The notes beneath the pieces are model-generated. The model was given only the letters and a program-made list of their open reading frames with translations, had not been told where the DNA came from and did not search any database. A stretch of 64,000 nucleotides of DNA from Chloroflexota bacterium (GTDB taxonomy: Bacteria > Chloroflexota > UBA6077 > SHYK01): positions 4,325-68,324 of the forward strand of contig JACQOR010000078.1 of assembly GCA_016202435.1 (NCBI GenBank), written 5' to 3'. Below are positions 31,610 through 38,522 of the stretch, piece by piece; positions within the stretch are counted from its first letter, which is position 1, and each line of letters begins with the position of its first letter. A program made the translations under genes and the position numbers.

Positions 31610-31924
31610 CGATGGCGTAACGATAGTTTGTGAGCGGTGCGGGCAACCCTTCGCGCCGTCGGGCCGACGACGCTTCTGCTCGACGGCCTGCCGACAGGCG
31701 GCCTGGCGTCGTCGTCGCCCGACCCGGAGGCGATGGTCACCGAGCGCGCCACCCGCGCCACCACCGTCTACGAATGCCCGTCCTGTGAAACTCGCTTCCT
31801 CGGTGAGCAGCGGTGCCCGGACTGCGGAATCTTCTGCGGCCGCATCGGGCCCGGCGGGCTCTGCCCTCACTGCGACGAGCCCGTGGCGCTCGCCGATCTG
31901 CTCCTTACCCATGAAAGGAGGTGA
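31584..31924 (+). pseudogene. Small multi-Cys zinc-ribbon protein inside the IS, apparently frameshifted
   Basis: ATG 31584 (GAAGGAGGG SD) gives MDPALPLRNDGVTIVCERCGQPFAPSGRRRFCSTACRQAAWRRRR; the Cys-rich continuation YECPSCETRFLGEQRCPDCG...CPHCDEP lies in another frame (31637-31924 ORF), switching near 31715-31735. Confidence 0.4.
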
Positions 31925-32477
31925 GATCGCTCCCACGCCAGGCACGGCCGATCAAGGCCTACCTCGCTCCGTTCTCGCCCCGGCGACTCGCCAGCGACAG
32001 CCTGCTTGCCGTACAACAGTTCTACCCGGGGTGGTCAACTTTTGGGCGCTCGCAGTGGTCAACTTTTCCGTGCACGAACACATCCTCGACGAGCCCAGGC
32101 TTAAGGGCCATCCCGTCCCGCCAGACACCAGCCTCGCTATCGTAGAAGCCCACTCGCTGGGCCGGTTGCTTGTCTGGAGCGCCAGCTGCTTCCTCTGCCA
32201 CGTCGCGCCCAGCGTCTTGAGGAGCCGCGCGAGCTCAGCCTCAGAGCCGCGCCTACAACACCAAACGCGTCCACATTGGATGCTGGACCCGGGGCAGGAC
32301 TCCGGAAGAAATCATCGGCAAGGCCAAGGTCTATGCGTAAACCACGTGCGCCACACCGAGCCGAGTGTCGCCACATCTCGGGGTCAGTACGCGCTACGTG
32401 GGCAGGGCGCTTCTTTGGATCATTCACTGGACCGTTGCGGCATGACACGGGGTTGGTTCGCGGATGGTGCCTGGTGG

Positions 32478-33362
32478 CTAGGGCGGCGAGAAATACAGGA
32501 TCCCCGCGCTCAGGGCGAGAAAAAGGATGACCGAGGCGGCGAGGCTCCGATCCCCCAGTAGAAGCTCCTCCGGGCTGCCACCCATACCGCGTGCCTGAAC
32601 CAGGAACAGGTAGCGGAAGACGCCGTAGAGCGCGAAAGGAAGGGTCAGCATCATGGCGTGGTTTTTCGGAACGTTGTCTGCCGAGAACGTGTAGAGAGAG
32701 TACGCCATCAGGCTGGCCGCGGCCGCCACGGTGATGAGCCGGTCGAGGAAGTCAGTCGTGTAGTGCTCCAGCGCCGGGCGGTGCGCCTGCGCCTCTTCGG
32801 CCAGCTCGACCACCTCGGAGCGTCGCTTACCCATGGCAATCAGCAGCGATCCGAGGACTGTGCACACGTACAGCCACGGGGAGACGCCCACGTGGATGGC
32901 CACAGCTCCGGCCACGATTCGGATGACGAAGCCGCCCGAGACCGCGAACAGGTCGACCAGGACGATGTGCTTCCACCACAGGGAGTACGTCACCGTGAGC
33001 AGCAGGTACGCCGCGGAGGCGGCCAGGAAGCCCCAGCCCAGCGCAGCGGCGAGCGCCGCTCCCAGCACCAGGAGGCCGGCCGCGGCACCGGAGGCAAGCC
33101 GCTCGGAGACCTTCCCTGCCGCGAGTGGGCGAAAGCGCTTGGTGGGATGGGCGCGATCGACCGCCAGGTCTCGAAAGTCGTTGAAAACGTACCCGGCGCT
33201 CGAGATGAAGCAGAATGCGGCGAAACCCGCGAGCGCCCGGCTGACGGACTCCGGGTCCGTCAGATTCAGGGAATAGATCAGCCCGAAGAAGAGCAGGCCG
33301 TTCTTCAGCCATTGCTTCGGGCGCAGCTCCTCAAGGAGCGCCAAGAGCGGCGACGGCCGCAC
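32478..33362 (-). CDS. UbiA-family prenyltransferase, decaprenyl-phosphate phosphoribosyltransferase-like
   Basis: Multi-TM; NDFRDLAVDRAHPTKRFRPLAAG closely resembles the signature of Rv3806c-type DPPR synthases (from memory); GTG at 33362 preferred, because the TTG at 33407 lies inside the intergenic repeat. Confidence 0.75.
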   Translation of the reverse strand: MRPSPLLALLEELRPKQWLKNGLLFFGLIYSLNLTDPESVSRALAGFAAFCFISSAGYVFNDFRDLAVDRAHPTKRFRPLAAGKVSERLASGAAAGLLVLGAALAAALGWGFLAASAAYLLLTVTYSLWWKHIVLVDLFAVSGGFVIRIVAGAVAIHVGVSPWLYVCTVLGSLLIAMGKRRSEVVELAEEAQAHRPALEHYTTDFLDRLITVAAAASLMAYSLYTFSADNVPKNHAMMLTLPFALYGVFRYLFLVQARGMGGSPEELLLGDRSLAASVILFLALSAGILYFSPP

Positions 33363-33395
33363 TGCTTTCGGAGCTAGGACGCGGGGCGCGGGTGT

Positions 33396-33600
33396 GGCCC
33401 GCTGCAACAGACGAATCAGCTTGAAGCGACCTCAACGATGGCTACGCGGGACGAAGAACCGGCCCGCTGCAACCGCCGGATCAGCTTGAAGGTGATCTCA
33501 ACGATGCGGTGCGGGACAGGAAGCATTATCGGGCATGGCCCGCTGCAAGAGGCGGATCAGCCTCACGGGCACCTCGGCGCTGGCTGCGCCGGGCGGATGA
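33396..33600 (+). repeat. Three tandem, diverging copies of a 65-76-bp intergenic repeat
   Basis: Units start with GGCCCGCTGCAA at 33396, 33461 and 33537; units 1-2 share ATCAGCTTGAAG..(A/G)(C/T)CTCAACGATG...GCGGGAC; unit 3 is more diverged. Confidence 0.85.
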
Positions 33601-33655
33601 CGAACCGAGGAACTGCGGGGGAGGGAGTTGACTCGGGCCGGCTATACTTCGCACG

Positions 33656-34489
33656 ATGGTGGCGCGACCGGGGCTCTTGCGACTCGACGAGCTGCTGGTC
33701 CGGAAGGGATACGCGGCGAGCCGCGAGAAGGCGAGGGCACTGGTCCTTGCCGGAGCGGTGAGACTCCCCAGCGGCGCGGCTCCCAAGCCCGGGCTCCTAG
33801 TGGGCACCGACGTTCCCGTCGAAGTGGCGCAGCCGGCACGGTACGTCAGCCGGGGCGGCGACAAGCTGGCACGGGCGCTGGACGTCTTCCACGTCGATCC
33901 CGCGGGCAGAGTGTGTGCTGACTTCGGGGCCTCGACCGGCGGATTCACTGACTGTCTGCTCCAGCGAGGAGCCCGACGGGTCTACGCGGTGGACGTTGGG
34001 TACGGGCAGCTCCATTGGGGTCTCCGCCAGGATCCACGCGTGGTCGTGCTGGAGCGAACCAATGCGCGATTCCTGAATGCGCTTCCGGAGCCCGTCGACC
34101 TGGTGACGATCGATGCCTCGTTCATTTCGTTGCGGCTGCTCCTGCCGGCTGCTCGCGGGATCACGACGGCAGACGCGGAGATCGTCGCCCTGGTGAAGCC
34201 CCAATTCGAGGCAGGCAAAGGCCGCGTGGGGAAGGGTGGCGTGGTGCGGGATCTCGCCGTCCATCGCGAGGTGCTCGAGGATCTCGCCGAATGGCTCCGC
34301 GCGGAGGGGTTTTCGCTGGTTACCCTGGCCGTGTCGCCACTTCGTGGGCCGGCGGGCAACGCGGAGTTCCTGGCACACATTCGGCCGGCCGTGGGCTCCT
34401 GGTGCGATGCTGCAGAGGCCATCGACCAGGTCCTGGAAACGGTGAGGGGAATAGGTGGCTCGGGAGAGGGGGCCGAACCGCATGGCTAG
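33656..34489 (+). CDS. tlyA: TlyA-family rRNA 2'-O-methyltransferase
   Basis: S4-like N-terminus RLDELLVRKGYAASREKA; FtsJ fold DFGASTGGFTDCLLQRGA..VYAVDVGYGQL. Confidence 0.88.
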   Translation: MVARPGLLRLDELLVRKGYAASREKARALVLAGAVRLPSGAAPKPGLLVGTDVPVEVAQPARYVSRGGDKLARALDVFHVDPAGRVCADFGASTGGFTDCLLQRGARRVYAVDVGYGQLHWGLRQDPRVVVLERTNARFLNALPEPVDLVTIDASFISLRLLLPAARGITTADAEIVALVKPQFEAGKGRVGKGGVVRDLAVHREVLEDLAEWLRAEGFSLVTLAVSPLRGPAGNAEFLAHIRPAVGSWCDAAEAIDQVLETVRGIGGSGEGAEPHG

Positions 34490-35348
34490 TGTCGCGCTGG
34501 TGTATCAGCCAGTCGTCGAGGAGGCAACGGCCCTCGCGCAAATGTGCGCCAGGACGGTCGAGCGTCTGGGGTTCGAGCCTATCTTCCTCTCAAGTCGGGA
34601 GCTGGACAACGTGGCGCCCATCGGCAGTGCCTCGTTCGTCATCACCTTCGGCGGCGATGGGACGATCCTGCGGGTGGCGCGGTGGGTCGCCGGCCACGAC
34701 GTGCCGATTCTTGGGGTGCAGATGGGACGGCTCGGGTTTCTGGCGGAGGTGCAGCCTGCCGATGCCGCGGAGAAGCTCGAAGCGTATCTCGGGGGTGACT
34801 ACTGGGTGGATCGGCGGGCCATGCTGCGAGCGGAGATCGTTCCTTCCTCCCTGGCTTCGCGTGGCGGCGATGGCCCCGATCAAAGCGGACCGAACGTGCA
34901 CCTGAAACAGACGTTTCTGGCTCTCAACGACGTCGTCGTGGGTCGGGGACGGGCGCTCCGGACGGTGGGCGTGGACCTGGCGCTAAACGGCCAGTCGCTG
35001 CACGAGTTCCGTGGTGACGGGGTAATCGTGGCTACAGCCACGGGCTCGACGGCGTACTCTTTTGCTTCTGGAGGACCGGTGCTGGCGCCGGATTCGGGCG
35101 ACCTGGTGGTCACCCCGATCTGCGCCCACCTCTCGACGTTGCGATCTTTTGTGGTCCCCGGCGAGGTACCGGTGCGCCTGGAAGTGCATGCGACCGATCT
35201 GCCTCAGCTCTCCGTCGATGGCCAGATCGAGCTCGGCCTGCCCGACTTCGCCGCCGTCGAAGCCCGCGTCGATTCAGTCGTAACGCTGTTTGCGCGACAG
35301 GGCACTCCGGAGGCGCTCTACCGTCGCATCCTCTCGAAGCTTGGCTAG
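34482..35348 (+). CDS. nadK: NAD kinase
   Basis: ATG at 34482 overlaps tlyA end; GGDGT, NDVVV, ATGSTAYSFASGGP motifs. Confidence 0.9.
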   Translation: MASVALVYQPVVEEATALAQMCARTVERLGFEPIFLSSRELDNVAPIGSASFVITFGGDGTILRVARWVAGHDVPILGVQMGRLGFLAEVQPADAAEKLEAYLGGDYWVDRRAMLRAEIVPSSLASRGGDGPDQSGPNVHLKQTFLALNDVVVGRGRALRTVGVDLALNGQSLHEFRGDGVIVATATGSTAYSFASGGPVLAPDSGDLVVTPICAHLSTLRSFVVPGEVPVRLEVHATDLPQLSVDGQIELGLPDFAAVEARVDSVVTLFARQGTPEALYRRILSKLG

Positions 35349-35394
35349 AGCCCGGTCAGCTTGATCGCGACCTCAGCGATGGCTACGCGGGATC
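35348..35394 (+). repeat. Solitary fourth copy of the 33.4-kb intergenic repeat
   Basis: TCAGCTTGATCGCGACCTCAGCGATGGCTACGCGGGA versus unit 1 TCAGCTTGAAGCGACCTCAACGATGGCTACGCGGGA; fills the nadK-recN spacer. Confidence 0.8.
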
Positions 35395-35398
35395 TGGC

Positions 35399-37165
35399 GT
35401 GATCGAACGTTGCTACCTCGCGGAGATAGCCATTCAGGATTTCGCGGTCATCGAGCGTCTCCAGGTGGAGCTCCAGCCCGGGTTTTGCGTGCTCACGGGT
35501 GAGACCGGGGCCGGCAAATCGCTGATCATCGAGGCGCTCGGCGCGGCGCTCGGAGATCGAGCGTCTTCCGAGTGGATCAGGGCGGGTACCGACCGGGCCC
35601 ACATCGAAGCCGTATTCGCTTTCCCCAGGGCCGTTCCGGAGCTTGTCGAAGTTCTTGCCGAGTGGGGCAGCCCGGCCGATGAAGGCAATCTGATCCTGCA
35701 CCGGGAGGTGCAGGTTGGGCGCAGCGTCACGCGCGTAGACGGCCGTGCCGCTCCCGGGCACATGCTGGAGGAGATCGGCACCCGGCTCGTGGACGTGCAC
35801 TCGCAAGTTGACCACGTGGCCCTGAGCCGGCCTCGCATGCAGCTCGAGATGCTCGACCGCTTCGGACAGCTGGGGGCGCTACGGGCGCAAATGGCGAAAA
35901 ACGCTCGAGAGCTGCGATCGGTACGCGACCAGCTGCGCCAACTGGAGGCAGAGCGGCTCTCGGCCGAGCGCGAGGCATCTTTGCTCCGCCATGAGGTCGA
36001 GGAGATAGAGGCGGCGGCGCTCCGGGCAGGTGAAGACGAGGAGCTCACGGCGCGCCGGGCTCGCCTCAGGAATGCGCTGCGGCTCCGCGGCCTGCTGGAG
36101 GATGCGAATCGGGCGCTCTTTGGGGACGGGGGAGTCGAGGGAGCGCTCGAACTGGTGGGGAACGCCGCGATCGCCTTCCGGGAGATCAGACAGCTGGATG
36201 CAGGTCTACCAGTGTCTGAAGAGCAATTGATCGAGGTGATCGACACGCTGGAGGGTCTGCAGAGGCTCCTGCGCAGCTACGAGGAAGTCCTGGAAGACGA
36301 TCCCCAGGCACTGGACGCGATCGAGGAGCGGCTACTGATGATCGCGGATCTCAAACGCAAGTACGGCGTAACCGTTGAAGAGGTGCTGGCCCACGAGGCA
36401 GAAGGCTCCCGCCGTCTCGGTCTCGTCGATGACGCCGCACGGAATCGAGGGGAGTTGGAACGCCAGGAGGCATCTCTGGCGAACCAGGCGGCGGAGCTTG
36501 CGCTCGCTCTCTCGATGGCTCGTGTTGAAGCCGCAGGCACGCTCGAAGCCAGTGCGGAAGCGCACATCCGAGAGCTAGGAATGCCCGGAGCTCGTTTTCG
36601 GGTGCAACTTCTACGCAGAGCCGGAACCGAGGGCCTCCGAGTGGATGGGGGAATTGTCGAGTTCGATGAGACCGGTATCGACCAACTGGAATTCCTGGTC
36701 GCCGCGAATCCCGGCGAGCCGGAACGCCCGATTGGGAAGGCCGCGAGCGGCGGGGAGTTGTCTCGGATCATGCTGGCGGTAAAGGCGGCGGTCGCACGGG
36801 TGGACCCGGTGCCGGTGCTCGTTTTCGATGAGCTTGACCAGGGCGTTGGCGGGCGCATGGGACACGTGATCGGTGAGAAGCTGTGGCAGCTGAGTCGTGG
36901 CCACCAGGTCCTTTGCATCACGCACCTGCCCCAGGTCGCCTGTTACGCCGATCACCATTACGCGGTGACGAAGGAACTGGCAGACGGGCGGGCGACCACC
37001 GCCGTACGGCGGGTCGAGGGCCCCGACCGGGTCGCCGAACTCGCCCTCATGCTGGCCGGCGTCCGCGCCGGTGAGGCGGCGCACGAAGGGGCGAGAGAGC
37101 TGCTGGAGGCTGCGACGGAATGGAAGCGGGCGCGAACTGAGCCGGGCCCTCAGGGTGACGGCTGA
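35399..37165 (+). CDS. recN: DNA repair protein RecN
   Basis: GTG start; Walker A LTGETGAGKS, long coiled coil, signature ASGGELSRIMLA, Walker B LVFDELD. Confidence 0.93.
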   Translation: MIERCYLAEIAIQDFAVIERLQVELQPGFCVLTGETGAGKSLIIEALGAALGDRASSEWIRAGTDRAHIEAVFAFPRAVPELVEVLAEWGSPADEGNLILHREVQVGRSVTRVDGRAAPGHMLEEIGTRLVDVHSQVDHVALSRPRMQLEMLDRFGQLGALRAQMAKNARELRSVRDQLRQLEAERLSAEREASLLRHEVEEIEAAALRAGEDEELTARRARLRNALRLRGLLEDANRALFGDGGVEGALELVGNAAIAFREIRQLDAGLPVSEEQLIEVIDTLEGLQRLLRSYEEVLEDDPQALDAIEERLLMIADLKRKYGVTVEEVLAHEAEGSRRLGLVDDAARNRGELERQEASLANQAAELALALSMARVEAAGTLEASAEAHIRELGMPGARFRVQLLRRAGTEGLRVDGGIVEFDETGIDQLEFLVAANPGEPERPIGKAASGGELSRIMLAVKAAVARVDPVPVLVFDELDQGVGGRMGHVIGEKLWQLSRGHQVLCITHLPQVACYADHHYAVTKELADGRATTAVRRVEGPDRVAELALMLAGVRAGEAAHEGARELLEAATEWKRARTEPGPQGDG

Positions 37166-37166
37166 T

Positions 37167-37412
37167 CTACCGGGGGGCGGTGAGCACCAGCAGGATGATC
37201 CCGCCGACGAGGACCGTAGTGAAGACGGCGGTCAGCAAGGAGAACCAGAGGCGAGCACCGCCCTCGGTGGCGTCCTGCACCACGGCGTAGCTGCCCCCGC
37301 CGAGCACGTTGGCGGAGAAGATGGTCAGGAAGTACGGCGTGAGGATCAGCGGCAGCGCGAACGGGAACCAGACAAAAAGGATCGCAATGACTTCAATCGG
37401 AGACCAGCTCAT
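37167..37412 (-). CDS. Small hydrophobic protein, last gene of the ACIII operon (possible accessory subunit)
   Basis: ATG at 37412 forms an ATGA overlap with the actE stop; 81 aa, 2-3 predicted TM stretches (IAILFVWFPFALPLILTPYFLTIF, LWFSLLTAVFTTVLVGGIILLVL). Confidence 0.5.
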   Translation of the reverse strand: MSWSPIEVIAILFVWFPFALPLILTPYFLTIFSANVLGGGSYAVVQDATEGGARLWFSLLTAVFTTVLVGGIILLVLTAPR

Positions 37413-37960
37413 CTCTGCCCCTGCAGCGTTCGAGTTTGGAGCACGAGGCTCCACACCTGCTCGTCGGTGAGCAGATCTCGGAAGGGCGGCATGCCGCCGA
37501 GTCCGTTGGTGATCATCCAGTTTAATTCACCGTCGGTGCGGTTGCGCACCCGGCTGGACGCGAGGTCGGCGGGCGGCACGGTGCGCTGAGCGGCGAAGCG
37601 GTCAGCGATCAGGCTCTTGCCGTCGCCCGCGGCGCCGTGGCACATGGCACAGTTGACCTTGAAGAGATCCGCGGCAGCCCGGACGTTCTCGTCGGTGCGC
37701 CGAATCGGGTTCTGCAGGTCCCGAGCCTCTGAGAAGGTGATGTGCGGCCGCGCGCCGGTCCGAGGCACGGAGTCGCTCGGGGGCGGAACGCGTCGGGGTT
37801 CCATCATCCGCGTTGACTGCTGATAGTGCATCTCGCGGAAGAAGTCGAAGCTGTAGGCGCCAGGGGTGCACGCCGCGAGAAAGAGCGTACTAGAACCGAG
37901 CGTAGCTGTGGCAGCCCAGGACGCCCAACGCGAGGTCGGCTTCGGAAGCAACAGCCGCAT
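37409..37960 (-). CDS. actE: ACIII monoheme cytochrome c subunit ActE (lipoprotein)
   Basis: Lipobox LFLAAC; single CAMCH heme site; GGMPPF; AGGAG SD; follows ActD. Confidence 0.75.
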   Translation of the reverse strand: MRLLLPKPTSRWASWAATATLGSSTLFLAACTPGAYSFDFFREMHYQQSTRMMEPRRVPPPSDSVPRTGARPHITFSEARDLQNPIRRTDENVRAAADLFKVNCAMCHGAAGDGKSLIADRFAAQRTVPPADLASSRVRNRTDGELNWMITNGLGGMPPFRDLLTDEQVWSLVLQTRTLQGQR

Positions 37961-37966
37961 TCGCTC

Positions 37967-38482
37967 CTACTTGGTCACGATGTCGATGGCGCCGGCGTTG
38001 CGCAGGGCCTGTTCGGCCTCAGGGCCGCGGCCGTCGGTTCGAGTCACTAATAGGCCAAGATACCCCTCGCTGATCCGCTCGTCGTAGGGCGTGCCCATCA
38101 GGTAGGGCAGGCGCGATTCGAAGATGATGCCGGCCACTGTGAACATGATGGCGCCCAGCATGATCCCCTCGTACATCACGTTGATCATGGGTGGTATCGA
38201 AAGCAGCGGCTTTCCGCCCGTGACGATGGGGTAGGAAAGCTGGGTGGCGATGGTGATGAGCAGGCCCACCGCCAGGCCGCAGGCAGCTCCAATGAACGGA
38301 AAGACGTAGAGGCGGTGCCTTTCCGGCTCCTCGCCGAAGGCCCCCTCCGGATAGGGCGTGTCGGTGAGGGTCTTGAGATCCCGGGAGGCGAATCCGGCCG
38401 CCCGCAGCGCGTCCAGCGCCTGAGCGACCTGCTCCGGATCGCGGAACAGTCCAAGCATTGCCGGGGTTCGTGCTATGGCCAT
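37967..38482 (-). CDS. actD: ACIII subunit ActD (DUF3341-like)
   Basis: LGLFRDPEQVAQALDALRAAGF N-domain plus two TM helices; GAGGAGGAG SD; operon context. Confidence 0.7.
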   Translation of the reverse strand: MAIARTPAMLGLFRDPEQVAQALDALRAAGFASRDLKTLTDTPYPEGAFGEEPERHRLYVFPFIGAACGLAVGLLITIATQLSYPIVTGGKPLLSIPPMINVMYEGIMLGAIMFTVAGIIFESRLPYLMGTPYDERISEGYLGLLVTRTDGRGPEAEQALRNAGAIDIVTK

Positions 38483-38522
38483 AGTTGTCAGCTCCTCCTC
38501 GTTGCGGCGGCGGGTCAGCCGT

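Larger units (their letters stand above)
27265..32082 (+). mobile_element. IS21-family insertion sequence, degenerate and carrying ~1.9 kb of foreign cargo
   Basis: Ends TGTGTTCG...CGAACACA; ~33-bp imperfect terminal IRs; AAAAGTTGACCAC(C) twice at the left (27280-27293, 27314-27327) and twice inverted at the right (32030-32043, 32055-32067); istA/istB gene pair inside; no clear target-site duplication. Confidence 0.85.

Noticed and set aside
32084-32478. Possible gene remnant on the minus strand (…AELARLLKTLGATWQRKQLALQTSNRPSEWASTIARLVSGG…) interrupted by the IS21 insertion
   Set aside because: I could not assign a family. Joining it across the IS to 27.06-27.26 kb does not give a continuous frame with any assumed target duplication. 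It is left unannotated.
31116-32561. 481-aa ORF spanning the end of the IS21 element
   Set aside because: It overlaps istB out of frame and is Pro/Ala/Ser/Arg-rich. It runs straight through the IS terminal repeats into flanking DNA. Only the short Zn-ribbon N-terminus (from 31584) looks genuine.
33396-33600. Possible CRISPR array (three repeats beginning GGCCCGCTGCAA)
   Set aside because: The units abut directly with no unique spacers, unit lengths vary (65/76/~65 bp), the repeats diverge progressively, and no cas genes are nearby.
35399-35420. Possible LexA/SOS box at the recN start (CGAACGTTGCTAC)
   Set aside because: Only one GAAC half-site is present. The second half (CTAC instead of GTTC) does not match the Cheo-box pattern, and the sequence lies inside the coding region.
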